NCBI GenBank assembly: GCA_038087875.1
Contig: CM075989.1
Location: forward strand, 9,364,001 to 9,428,000
From: Malacoraja senta
Lineage: Eukaryota
DNA length: 64,000 nt
Direction of reading: 5' to 3'
Numbering within the stretch: position 1 is the stretch's first letter; each line of letters opens with the position of its first letter. The position numbers were made by a program, and so were the translations under genes. A model generated the notes under the pieces. The model saw only the letters and a program-made list of their open reading frames with translations. It made no database searches and was not told the DNA's origin. Below, one piece after another: positions 10,137 to 22,770 of the stretch.

Positions 10137-12401
10137 TGTTAAAGAAGGAACTGCAGATGCTGGAAAATCGAAGGTACACAAAAATACTGGAGAAACTCAG
10201 CGGGTGCAGCAGCATCTATGGTGCAAAGGAAATAGGCAACGTTTCGGGCCGAAACCCTTCTTCAGACTGATAGGGGGTGGGGAGAAGAAAGAAAAAAAGG
10301 CAGAGGAGGAGCCCGAGGGCTGGGGGAGGGGAGGAGACAACCAGAGGGCTGATGAAGGGGAGGGGACAGCAAGGGCTAGCAGAATTGGGAGAATTCAATG
10401 TTCAAGCCCCCAGGATGTAGACTGCCCAAGCGAAATGGTCCAGGTGCATTTCCTCCAATTTCCGGTGTTGCTCGCTGTGGCCATGGAGGAGACCCAGGAC
10501 AGAGAGGTCAGATACGGAATGGGAGGGGGAGTTGAAGTGCTGAGCCACCGGGAGGTCAGGTTGGTTATTGCGGACCGACCGGAGGTGTTCGGCGAAACGA
10601 TCGCCAAGCCTCCGCTTGGTCTCACCAATGTAGATCAGCTGGCATCTAGAGCAGCGGATGCAATAGATGAGGTTGGAGGAGATGCAGGTGAACCTCTGTC
10701 GAACCTGGAACGACTGCTTAGGTCCTTGAATGGAGTCGAGGGGGGAGGTGAAGGGACAAGTGTTGCATCTCTTGCGGTTGCAAGGGAAAGTACCCGGGGA
10801 GGGGGTGGTACGGAAGGGAAGGGAAGAATTGACAAGGGAGTTACAGAGGGAGCGGTCTTTGCGGAAGGCAGAGATGGGGGGAGATGGGAAGATGTGGCGA
10901 GTGGTGGGGTCACGTTGGAGGTGGCGAAACTGACGGAGGATCACTTGTTGTATGTGACGGCTGGTGGGGTGAAAGGTGAAGACTAGGGGGACTCTGCCCT
11001 TGTTGTGAGTGGGGGGATGGGGAGAGAGAGCAGTGTTGCGGGGTATGGCAGAGACCCTGGTGCGAGCCTCATCTATGGTGGAGGAGGGGAACCCCCGTTC
11101 CCTGAAGAATGAGGACATTTCGGATGCCCTGGTGTGGAACGCCTCATCCTGGGAGCAGATGCGGCGTAGACGGAGGAAATGGGAGTGGGGGATGGAGTCC
11201 TTACAGGAAGCAGGGTGGGAAGAAGTGTAGTCCAGATAGCCATGGGAGTCGGTAGGTTTGTAGTGGATGTCGGTAAGAAGTCTATCACCTGCGATGGAGA
11301 TAGTGAGGTCAAGGAATGTTAGGGAAGTGTCGGAAATGGTCCAGGTGTATTTGAGTGCCGGATGGAAGTTGGTGGTGAAGCGGATGAAGTCAGTCAGTTG
11401 TGTGTGGGTGCAGGATGTGGCACCAAAACAGTCATCGATGTAGCAGAGGTAGAGGTCGGGGATGGGGCCCTGGTACGCATTGAACAAGGATTGTTCTACA
11501 TACCCGACAAAGAGGCAGGCGTAGCTGGGGCCCATGCATGTGCAAGGCGTAGCCCCATCCCCCCCACTCACAACAAGGGCAGAGTCCCCCTAGTCCTCAC
11601 CTTTCACCCCACCAGCCATCACATACAACAAGTGATCCTCCGTCAGTTTCGCCACCTCCAACGTGACCCCACCACTCGCCACATCTTCCCATCTCCCCCC
11701 ATGTCTGCCTTCCGCAAAGACCGCTCCCTCCGTAACTCCCTTGTCAATTCTTCCCTTCCCTCCCGTACCACCCCCTCCCCGGGTACTTTCCCTTGCAACC
11801 ACAAGAGATGCAACACTTGTCCCTTCACCTCCCCCCTCGACTCCATTCAAGGACCTAAGCAGTCGTTCCAGGTGCGACAGAGGTTCACCTGCATCTCCTC
11901 CAACCTCATCTATTGCATCCGCTGCTCTAGATGCCAGCTGATCTACATTGGTGAGACCAAGCGGAGGCTTGGTGATCGTTTCGCCGAACACCTCCGGTCG
12001 GTCCGCAATAACCAACCTGACCTCCCGGTGGCTCAGCACTGCAACTCCCCCTCCCATTCCGTATCTGACCTCTCTGTCCTGGGTCTCCTCCATGGCCACA
12101 GCGAGCAACACCGGAAATTGGAGGAAATGCACCTCATATTCCGCTTGGGCAGTCTACATCCTGGGGGCTTGAACATTGAATTCTCCCAATTCTGCTAGCC
12201 CTTGCTGTCCCCTCCCCTTAATCAGCCCTCTGGTTGTCTCCTCCCCTCCCCCAGCCCTCGGGCTCCTCCTCCGCCTTTTTTCTTTCTTCTCCCCACCCCC
12301 TATCAGTCTGAAGAAGGGTTTCGGCCTGAAACGTTGCCTATTTCCTTTGCTCCATAGATGCTGCTGCAACCGCTGAGTTTCTCCAGTATTTTTGTGCACC
12401 T
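10137..12401. mobile_element. Inverted two-armed Penelope-like insertion (minus arm ~10137-11542, plus arm ~11553-12401)
   Basis: ORFs 10402-11571(-) and 11362-12198(+) encode the same RT C-terminus/GIY-YIG region (YIDD; LIYCIRC, YIGETKRRL..RF.EH). Flanked by the 14-bp direct repeat TATATTTTAAGGAG at 10123-10136 and 12402-12415. Confidence 0.93.
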
Positions 12402-14787
12402 TATATTTTAAGGAGGTTGTTTTATCACTTTGAAGCTGATATATTTTCCACTCCCTAATGTTGATGCATAACAATGGACTTATACCAATGCTATCACATT
12501 GTTCCACTTCCCAGCTCTTTAGTGTAAGAAGGTAATTTAATATTATGGAAATTATTTTAATGTTATGTCAAAAGATCAACTTTGAAAATGCAAGTAAAAA
12601 TTGAAGTGTCTGTTTCTTAGTGATCATAAAATTAAAATAAATTATGGAGGAAGTCAGGCCTTTACAAGACAGAATGGAATAAACTGGTTGGGTTTAGTTG
12701 GGGGGGGGGGTGTAGTGGGGTGTGTTGGGACAGTTAATGTAGAATAGAAACTATGGTGTATGAATAGCCTATTTCAATGCTGTAAATTCTGTACTTTTAA
12801 AATAACTGCTTAATGTGAGAACCTTTTTTTGACAAGCTGTGGACTGAATTGGCAACTAGAATTTGAGTTTGGAAATATGTTTCTAATAGTTTAAATAATT
12901 GGCTTGTGAGGATAAACTTACCGTTGCTCTCATTTTGATACAAATGAACAAAATACCAGTTGTCTTGTCCTCTGTGTCTAATGAAAACTGAAAGTTTGAA
13001 TGTGAGCCAGACTTGAAGATTCTGGTGTCCCTCCTTTGTCTCACCAAATCTTGGCAGTAAAAGCAAATGAAGCTAAGTTCATGATATAATTGGACAATGT
13101 ATGTGCTAACTGAAATATTAACTGAAAAAGCAAATGCGTCATTTTTATCTTATTGAAATTGGAACTTTTATTTCTCCTGAGGCACTTCATAAGTCCATGA
13201 AAGAGGTTTACATTTGAATAGTATCACTCTCAGCCTCGGGACGTCCCAGAAGACTCGCTCACAATCTGCCTTTTCTTAAGGCTTTCACGCTCTCCAGGTC
13301 TGCTATTGTAACATTTATTCTTTCTGCTCTCCTTAAAGGTTCAAGTGTTTAATAATTATTTTGCTATACATTATTACCATTAGGTCCGTAATGTCACAGC
13401 ACAGCCTGTCACCTTGCAGTAACAGCAGTTTCCTAGTAACATGGTTATGGTGGCTGCAAGTAGGGCTTTCTGACAGGGCATACTCAAAGTTCATTGTGGT
13501 CTGGGTTGTAGGGATGGCTTGCTTTGTTTTAATGAAGTTTTGTGCAATGTGCTGCACACTTGAGCTCAAAATGACTGCTTCATCGGAAATGCACCTTGTG
13601 CTTCATAGCAGATAACTCTCACTGACATTGAGCAGTCATGTACAATTGACAATTAGATTGCAATTAAATCTTGTTTAAATAAAAAAGTGGCAACAAAAAT
13701 TTTAAATGACCTGACCTGAGCATAACCGACTTTATATCTTTGTTTTAAATTTCTAGCATCTGCAGTTTTTTTACTCAGACCACTGGTAATGTAACATGCA
13801 TAATTGAAAAAGCTAGTTGTTAGATCTATTAAATGTGCTAAATGCGAGTACATTATTGCATTTCCTGTTTAAAGATAATACAATGGTGAACTATTTCCTT
13901 TTGTCGGTAATTTTGTCTGAAGTAACCGTAATTATTGTCACAGCACTGACAGTTAGTTACATGCTATGTTTCTTCTGTTTGGTTAATCTGCTTTCATGTT
14001 CAATGCTGAAGTTAAACTGAAGGAGCTTGATGTCATTGTACAGCTGGAAATCAGCAAATGCACGGTTCTGCTAAATCAAGTTGCAGTTGAAGATTTTAGT
14101 CAAATCTTAACAAGAATAGTTTGGGTTGCGTGCAGCAGAAGGTAGACTATATATATACACTTTATGGGGCACTAAGGATTTTTAAAATCAGAGTTGAATC
14201 CCAAATATTATCCAGAAGAAATTAATAATTTGGATATACAGAAGTTATTTATTGATATAGAATGGTAAGCAGGAATTCTATTGATATCAGATACTAAGCA
14301 GGATTCCTACTAGAGTTGGACTAGAAGAGGTCCAATGTGATGCAAGCTAAATAAGGATATAATATTTTGGACCATTGAATCAATTTATCAGTTTATATTT
14401 ACACCAGTTTAAAAAAAAAATGCTAATGCTAAGGTCATTTACTCCTTCCAAATTAGTATTGTTTTTTCGGAGTTGATTTAATACGTTAACTCCGGGTTAT
14501 GGCATCCTTTATGAAGCTTTGATATAGATTCTTTAACCTGAAGCGTTGACTCTCTTTCCACGGATGCTGCATGGCCTGCTGAGATTTTCGCGCTTTTTAC
14601 AGATTCCCAGCATCGGCAGTATTTTATCCATTTTGAATGGTTCGTTTTAATTTGAAACCTTGAATTTATTTGTGCTATGGTACAAAATTCGCAATATAAG
14701 CATTGCTTAAATTCATCGCATCATCATTTCCCTATTAATGGTTTTCTTTTTCTCCTTTTTCCCCCATCCCTTTTATTCTTCCTAAAG

Positions 14788-15238
14788 CAAATGGTTATGA
14801 GCCTTAGAGTGTCAGAGCTCCAAGTGTTATTAGGCTATGCTGGACGGAACAAACACGGTCGTAAGCACGAACTCCTGACAAAGGCACTGCATTTATTGAA
14901 AGCTGGCTGCAGCCCAGCTGTTCAGATGAAAATTAAGGAACTATATAGACGGAGATTTCCACAGAAGATTGTGTCTCCCACCGATTTGAGCCTTTCTTCT
15001 GTCCATGCAACTTCAGCTTCCATGACCACGCCACTGTCGCCATCTGCTATCCCACAGCTCTCCTATGATGGGCATGCAACAACATCTCCGCTGCTTGCAG
15101 TTTCACTGCTGGGACCTAAACATGAGCTAGATCTGCCACACCTGACATCATCACTCCATCCTGTCCATCCTGATGTAAAACTGCAGAAATTGCCCTTTTA
15201 TGACATTCTCGATGAGCTGATCAAACCGACTAGTCTAG
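14788..15238 (+). CDS. PIAS1: PIAS1 coding exon 2 (SAP domain, start of PINIT region), 451 bp
   Basis: Translates QMVMSLRVSELQVLLGYAGRNKHGRKHELLTKALHLLKAGCSPAVQMKIKELYRRRFPQK...KLPFYDILDELIKPTSL, matching the vertebrate PIAS1 N-terminus as I recall it. Polypyrimidine tract + AG at 14786-14787, donor GTAAGA at 15239; ends in phase 1. Confidence 0.97.
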
Positions 15239-15699
15239 GTAAGAAACAAGTCAAAAAATTATTCTACTCCCATTATTGTAGCAATCACTGTAGAAATAAA
15301 AGGCATAATTTAGTAAATACAGAAATGGGAATATTGTATCCTAAATTTAAGTCTCTGACATTTATGAAAGATAGAAATTAGGTATGTTAAACTTATTTTG
15401 TGAATTTTAAGATAAATGAGTACAGATTGTAACTTTTGCATAGCAGTTCTCCTAAATTCAGCTGTGGTTCAAAATAATGAATTTAATTCAGTGCTATAGT
15501 TCTATATTTACGCCAAAACACATCAGATTTGTATGCTGTTTTAATTCTGATCTTATTATTCCAGAATTGAAATTTGCCCGTTTTTTGGCAAAAAAAGCAA
15601 TGTGCAACCTGAGCTATGTTCACAACGAGTTATGAGTTATGTTTTGAAGTTTACATGGATTCTTGTTGTGGGGGGGGGGTTAGCAATATTTTACGGAAC

Positions 15700-16005
15700 A
15701 GAAACTGAGTGACATGGTTGCGTAGTAAGGAAACAGTATTCCAAAGATCCAGGCTCGATCCTGACCTTGGATCTGTGGAATTTGCATGTTCCGGTTTCTC
15801 CAGGTATTCCGGTTTCAACCTGCATGTCAAAGATATGCCCAGAAGTTGATAGGTTGACTTCAAATGTTCCTTTGTGACAACCAAAAGGTAAGTTGCAACT
15901 AAGAATAGGTGCAGGGCATCGGGGCAAAGGTAATGGTGCTAATGGCATTGTTCTGCGAGGAGTTAGCATGGATCCAATGGGCTGAATGGCTGCCTTCCAT
16001 GGTGT
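15700..16005 (+). mobile_element. Degenerate tRNA-derived V-SINE
   Basis: B-box-like GGCTCGATCC, V-domain-like TGTGGAATTTGCATGTTC, CR1-type tail ATGGGCTGAATGGC. Confidence 0.55.
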
Positions 16006-16408
16006 TTTGATAATTGAAGCAGGGAATTCTCTTCGTGGAGGAGTGGTGGGGTGTGGGACAGAAGGTATAGGATTTATAGTTGCAATGATCTTGCTATGAC
16101 CATATTGAATTATTTTACCTGTACCCTGTCAAATAAAACAGGACAATTTTCCCCTTCTGGGATTTGGCCTGGATTTAGTAGTTGTTGGAACTAATATATT
16201 AGCTTGACATTTATTCCCAGATCTCACATGATTTCAATTGGAAATTAAACTGAATTTTTGTCCAAAAGCTTTATAGTGCACAGTTGAAATCTTCAGCCTC
16301 TCTTTAAGCCAACCAACTGTTCTGGTATGTCTTCGTGATTTCATAGAGTGGGATCAGTCCCTTCAGCCCACCTGTGATGCCATTTTGAACTGACCATCTG
16401 CCTGCATG

Positions 16409-17148
16409 CAACACATGCAACAGATAATCCTCCGATATTTTTGCCACCTCCAACAGGTTCCCACCACTGGCCACATCTCATCTCCTCCCCTTTCAGCTTT
16501 CCGCAGAGACCGCTCCCTCCGTAACTCCCCGCTCAATTCATCCCTTCCCACCCAAACCACCCCCTCCCCTGGTACTTTCCCTTGCAACCGCAGGAAATGC
16601 TACACTTGTCGCTTTACTTCCCCCCCTTGACTCCATCCAAGGACCTAAGCAGTCTGTCCAGATGAGGCAGAGGTTCACCTGCACCTCCTCCAACCTCATC
16701 TATGGCATCCGCTGCTCTAGGTGTCAACTGCTCTACATTGGTGAGACCAAGCGTAGGCTTGGCGATCGCTTCGCCCAACACCTCCGCTCATTTCGCATTA
16801 ACCAACCTGATCTCCCGGTGGCTCAGCACTTCAACTCCCCCTCCCATTCCGAATCCGACCTTTCTGTCATGGCCAGAGTGAGTCCCACTGCAAATTGGAG
16901 GAGCAGCACCTCATATTTGAGCAGTTTACACCCCAGCGGTATGAACATTGGCTTCTCTAATTTCAGGTAGTCCCTGCTTTCTCCCTCCCCCCCCCCCCCT
17001 TCCCAGCTCTCCCACAGCCCACTGTCTCCGCCTCTTCCTTTCTTCTCCCCCCCCCCACCCCCACATCAGTCTGAAGAAGGGTCTCGACCCGAAACGTCAC
17101 CTATTCCTTCGCTCCATAGATGCTGCCTCACCTGCTGAGTTTCTCCAG
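16409..17148 (+). mobile_element. 5'-truncated Penelope-like element with TSD
   Basis: GIY-YIG region (LLYIGETKRRLGDRFAQHL); hammerhead-like motif at 17071-17098; 14-bp TSD CATCTGCCTGCATG at 16395-16408 and 17149-17162. Confidence 0.9.
17071..17098 (+). ncRNA. Minimal type I hammerhead-ribozyme-like motif (representative copy)
   Basis: CTGAAGA-A-GGGTC-TC-GACCC-GAAA-CG-TC: CUGANGA and GAAA core boxes, stem II, palindromic ACGT stem III, GUC triplet. PLEs are known to carry minimal hammerheads. Confidence 0.7.
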
Positions 17149-18959
17149 CATCTGCCTGCATGTGATTTATACACCTCAATTTCATGCCTATCTAAATTAT
17201 TTAAAACGTTGCTACCATATCTGCATCCACCACTTACACTGGCAGCACAGTCCAGGTCGCTACCATTGTTTTAAAAAACCCTGCTGGTATATTTCCTTTA
17301 AATTTTCCTTCTCTGACGTTAAAGCTATACCTCCCAGTATTTGATATTTCCACCCTGCAAAATTATTTCAGAAAAAATATTAGTCCACTCTTTAGTAAAT
17401 TTGCAGATGACACAAAAATTGGCAGGTATGGATTTTCTCCAGCTCTAGGCATTAATTCCTTCTTTGTCCTTGAGTGATCCTACACTCGCTAGTTGCCCTC
17501 TTGTTTCTAACGTGTGTGTAACGTGCCTTGGAATTTGCTTCAACCCCAGTTGTCAAGGATGTTTCAAGGCCCCATTTAGCCCTCCTGATTACCTGTGGTT
17601 CTCTCCTGCTTCCTACATACTCATATGCCCTGTCCTATTTCAAGTTTCTGAACCTTACATATGCTTCCTTTGTTTCCGATGGTTTCCTTTGGGTAAATTT
17701 AAACATCTAAAACTTAAGGTAAACCTCTTTCCTTCCATTATACTTCTACACAGTGTTAAATTCTATTAATTGCAGTCACGCTTCCATTCTTATTTGCAAC
17801 CTTTCCCTCATTGGTTCCACAACATATCTAGAAAATCATCTTGTACAAATTTCATAAATTCTATCTTTATTAAAGCAAATTTGGTTCAATCAATCATAGG
17901 TTAAAGTTTTCAATGATTACTGTAGACACCTGTTAAATGTAAGTTTCTTAATCATTGCAATATTTGAAACACACATTGATAGTCTGTAAATATGTCTTAT
18001 CAATGTTTGCTGTTTTCTTAGTTCAACTCAAATTAATTCTAGTTTTATATAATCTCTCAAACCAAAATTATTTTCACTACTTCGCTGTAATAATCTCTCC
18101 CTCCATAATAGTTCTGCATCTCTCTTTTTGTCTGTGTACCCTTGCCAAATGGTATGGGTGAAATGCGGGCAGGTGGGCCGAGTGTAGACAGGGCATCCCG
18201 GTCGACGTGGGCAAGTTAGGCTGAAGTGCCTGTTTCTGTGCTTTGTGAATCCATGAAGCTATGACACCTTGCAAACTTGACAATTGGAATATAGTTTGTC
18301 TCTATTTGTGCCATTAATTCATTTATCTTGTAGAATTTGTCTCAGGTTTTGTGTGGATCCTTTTGAATTTCTTTCATTTTCAATGGTTCATTGGTCCTTT
18401 ATTATCACATGAACTGAGGTTCAGTGAAATTCTTTTTCTGCATACAGGTCAGTAAATTATTACCATACCCAAGTACAGTCCCAGTTCATCTTACTGGGCA
18501 TTAGTTATTGTGTTTGCTGACATATCCAGTTCTCCAGTCCTCAGGGTCAAGCAGGGGCTGAGCTCGGTGGCTTCCCTCTTCAGGCGGGTTTCTCAGTTCT
18601 GCGATGAGCTAGCCAGGCCCTGCTACTGGGGTATGGCTGTGGCCTGAAGGCATCTGTTATGTGGCCTGACCGTCTCTCTCGGCCCCCCACCCCCCCCACC
18701 CATTCCAGCAAGGCCCGACGCAGCGTGCTCTTACCTTCATACCCTCCCGGCCCGATGGTGCATGCAACCTGACAGTTCCCCTGTTTTGGGAGCAGATTCC
18801 CAATCTCCACATATGCCCTTTTTGAGAAGTAGTTTTCCGTTAACATGTGTACACGAGAACACAAAAGAGCTTTCTCTTAGAGTGAAGAGTTAGGGTGGCA
18901 GGATCGGGAAATCCTGACTGACCAAGGATATTGAGTTTCTGGTAGGAATAAGGAAGAAA

Positions 18960-19625
18960 TTGTGTGCAGTTTTGGTCTCCTAATTTGAGGAAGGACATTC
19001 TTGCTATTGAGGGAGTGCGGCATAGGTTCACCAGGTTAATTCCCGGGATGGAGGGGTTGACATATGATGAAAGAATGGATCAACTGGTCTTATATACACT
19101 AGAATTTAGAAGGAGGCACATAAAGGTTGATGAATCTCCAGCGTGACCAACAGTATCCTAGGATATTGGGAAGCAAGGGAAGAAATTGTTGGGGCCCTGG
19201 CAAAGATTTTAGTTTCTTCCTTTTTCATGGGTGAAGTACCAGAATATTGGAGTGTGACTAATATTATACCTTTAAGTAGAGCAGCTAGAAAAATCCAGTA
19301 AACGATAGACCAGTGAATTTAACATCAAGAATGATTGTTACTGGTGAGGTTTCTGAGGATTTGTTTGTGGCAGATTGTCTAAAATTTGATTTCTGACCAA
19401 GAAGATTGAGGACTGAGCAGTGGACATTGTGTTCATGGAATTTAAATAGACCTTTGACAACATCCTGCATGGTAGACTAGTCCAGAATGTTAGACTACAT
19501 GGGATCCTGCTTGAGAACATTTGCTTGGTCGTAGGTGACAGAGTGGGTATGCTGGGACTGTTACCTCTGGAGAGGGGTTGACTGAAGGATTGGCCTATTT
19601 CTGTACTGTGTAACTATGAATCTAC
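18960..19625 (+). mobile_element. Degenerate CR1 ORF2 fragments
   Basis: QFWSPNLRKDILAIEGVRHRFTRLIPGM plus decayed RT pieces homologous to 4230-4740. Confidence 0.7.
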
Positions 19626-20499
19626 GTATAGTTTGACAATTAAAACCATGCTTTTAATTGTACTAGCTTGTTGGTTGGTAAATTCCTGTTGGAAGATACA
19701 TGTAAAATTTGGTTGAGGATACTGTGGCTGACAGTAGAATAGCCTATTGGCTCACCACTTACACAAGAGGAATGATCATTTGAATGAGGAACCTGAAGGA
19801 GTGTTGGTAACTCTGGGGCTTTTGTCTTAAACTTGGCCAAAATGGTGGAAAAATATTTAAGAACTTAGTGAGAAAGATGATTTTTTTAAATTCTCAATTG
19901 CTGATGTTTCCTCTCAAGCTGTTATTTAATGCAGATTATGAGCTGCAGATGCGTTCTCAACATAAATAATTCCTGAAGCGTGCCATTTGTTCAGATTTGT
20001 GTGTAATAGGTTGGCCTCACTGTTGTTTAAAACTTTAGTTTCCAAATTGGGGGTTGATTGCAGCACATTTCACCTTGTAAAGAAAAAGCACTTTGCCCTA
20101 ATTTTCTTTTGAAACAGATTGCAGCATATTCAATGTTGGTCCTTTAGCTAAATGGTAGAGAGAAAAGGCTAGGCAAGTGGCTGAAATGTCAATGGGGAGC
20201 ACTTTGGGACCAGCGACCATAAATCTATTAAATTAATTATGGAAAAGGATAGGACTAGGCCACATTTTGATGGCATTGACAGATGCTTGCAAAAGTTCAT
20301 TAAGAGAGGCTGTTATCAGGTAATGGGGCATCTGGCTAGTGGGAGGTTTTTAAAAATGAGGTGGGAAGTGTTCAGCATTTTTTTTTGGTAGTGAAGAGCA
20401 AGATTAGGGAACCATTGCTGACAAGGGATATTGAAGCTCTGGCCAGGAAAAAGGTGGTATATGTTTGCCACAGGCAGCTGGACTCCAGCACATCCCTTA

Positions 20500-21270
20500 A
20501 GTTCATAAGGCATAGGAGCAGAAATAGGCCATTTGGCCCATCAAGTCTGCTCTGCCATTCGATCTATTTTTCCCTTTCAACCCCTTTCTCCTGCCTTCAC
20601 CCCATAACCTTTGACATCCTTACCAATCAAGTACCTATTAATCTCTGCTTTAAAAATACCCAATAGTTTGGCCTTCACAGCCATATGTGGTAACAAATTA
20701 AAAAGATTCACCACTCTCTGGCTAAAGAAATTCCTCCTCATCGCCATTATGAAGGTACGCCCTTTCATTCTGAGGCTGTGCTGTCTGGTCCTAGACTACT
20801 GGAAATGTCCTCTCCATATCAATTCTATCTATGCCTTTCATTATTTGGTAGGTTTCAACAAGGCTCCCTCCTCTATACTCCAGAAAGTACAGGCTTAGAT
20901 CTCCTCGTATGTTAACCCAGTCATCCCCAGGATCATTCTTGTAAACATCCTCTGGACCCTCTCCAATGCCAGCACATTCTTCCTCAGATATGAGACCCAA
21001 AACTGCTCTCACGATTCCAAATGTAGCCTGACCAGCACCGTAGAAAACCCCAACATTGTATCATTGCTTTTATATTCTAACTAATCCTCACAAAATGAAT
21101 GGTAATATTGCATTTGAATTCCTTGTTGCCAACTCAACCTGCAAATTAACCTTTTGGGAATCCTGCACCAGCATTCGCAAATCCCATTACATCTTCGATT
21201 TCGGAATCCTCTTCCCATTTAAAAAATAGTCTCTGCCTTTATTTCTCTATCAAAGTGCAAGACCTTACAA
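20500..21270 (-). mobile_element. CR1 3' fragment
   Basis: MRRNFFSQRVVNLFNLLP and SLVETYQIMKGIDR on the minus strand; CR1-type 3'UTR near 20505-20560. Confidence 0.8.
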
Positions 21271-22472
21271 GGAGTGCAGTTCTTTTGATCAAAGCTGCAC
21301 AATGTGGGTAGGTAGAGAAGAGTCTGTATAATCCTATTTGTACTGGATGATGCTGTTGATAGATAGCTTTTGAGGGTGTAGAAAGAATCTACTTGTCGTG
21401 TTGCTTTTGTATCTATTTAAGCATTAGGGCTCTGTTTCCAGCACTTTGTTTTAAACACAAGGAAGATACTGCCAATGCTGGAGTAACTCAGTGGGTCAGG
21501 CAGCATCTCTGGAGATCATGGACAGACACCACTTTGGGTCGGGGCCCTCTAGACTGACCTTATTATGCTGCAGATTACAAGCTTTAAAAATAATTAAAAG
21601 TGTATTGATTTAAATAAAGTCTAATTGTCTGGAAAAGTCTGTTAGTTCAACAGCAGTCTGTTAGATCTGAGGTTGCTGAATTGTCAAAGTGTAACTATAT
21701 TTCAAAGTTGCACAAAGTCACATCTGCCAGATTTTTCCATAAGGCATTAGGGGAGCTACCAGATAGTGCTCATAAAAATAGAAACCTGGCCCCTGTTATT
21801 TTAAAGGGAGCACATGAAACAACAGAGCCAGATGCCGATCCATCTGGCTTTCCAGACAATTGGATATTGAATGATTGGAGTTTTACTATCTTGCAGTACA
21901 GTTTTGAACATTTATCTTTTGGGGAAAGTCAAAACATTCTGAATCCTATCCAGCATTGGCAAAAAGAAAATGCATATGTACAAGGACTTGGGGGAAGGGC
22001 GGCACCCTGTCAAGTTGTCTTGGATCCTAGACAAAGAATGAGTGTCCATAAGGCACAACAGATTGACTGGAGAACTTTTATCCAACCTTGTGTTGGAGCT
22101 TCGCAAAAAGAGTGGACTGCTGAGAGCATGTGATATGGAAGAATTTAGAAAAATAGTAACCTTTTTCTAATTATTTTTACATAGTGGAAGTTAGAACATT
22201 GCATGCATTAATTACTTGTATATTAGTATGCTTTCAGTCTTGGATTCCAGTTTCTAGACGAGAAGGGTAAAATGAGCCTAGCTGCTCAATTTTGTGCTCA
22301 ACTGCAGTCAAATGATTCCAGCTGGGCATGAAACCTGCAGTCTTCCAAGCTTGATGGAAATTTGCAGTGCAGTTTCCTGAAAAAATCTTAAAAATTGCAA
22401 CATTGTCTGACTATGTTTGGATCTGTTAAATAGGATCAGTTTTAATAGGATAAACAATCTTGTGCATCCGAA

Positions 22473-22770
22473 AGGGCCTGTCCCACGATGCGAGTTTACC
22501 CAAGAGCTCTCCCGAGTAAAAAAAAAAAATCACACTTGTGGTACTTCATCACGAGTATTTCTTTACTCTTGGAAATTTTTCACACTGTTGAAAAAAACTC
22601 CACAAGTTTCCGCGTTTCCCGAGTACCTGCCGTTAGCATTACGAGCCGCTACGAGACATCCATGAGCTCCGACGTACCCGCTACGTACATTCTACATACT
22701 TACCACGAGTTTGATTTTTTTTTAAACTCGGGAGAGCTCTTGGGTAAACTCGCATCGTGGGACAGGGCCT
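22473..22770. mobile_element. PIF/Harbinger-type MITE (subfamily A)
   Basis: TIRs of ~50 bp, AGGGCCTGTCCCACGATGCGAGTTTACCCAAGAGCTCTCCCGAG and its reverse complement. TSD is not clean here. Confidence 0.8.

Noticed and set aside
10204..12132. Long antisense ORFs (260, 180 aa; also 231 aa at 53731-54426) as novel proteins
   Set aside because: They are the reverse frames of GC-rich Penelope coding sequence, repeated with each copy, and show no recognisable domain.
14260..14315. Imperfect ~28-bp tandem duplication
   Set aside because: An ordinary local slippage duplication with no further structure.
14677..15381. 234-aa ORF as a standalone single-exon gene
   Set aside because: Only 14788-15238 is PIAS1-like. 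The flanks are intronic read-through beyond clear splice sites.
21681..22133. 150-aa ORF in intron 2
   Set aside because: Non-ATG start, no recognisable domain and no convincing splice context.
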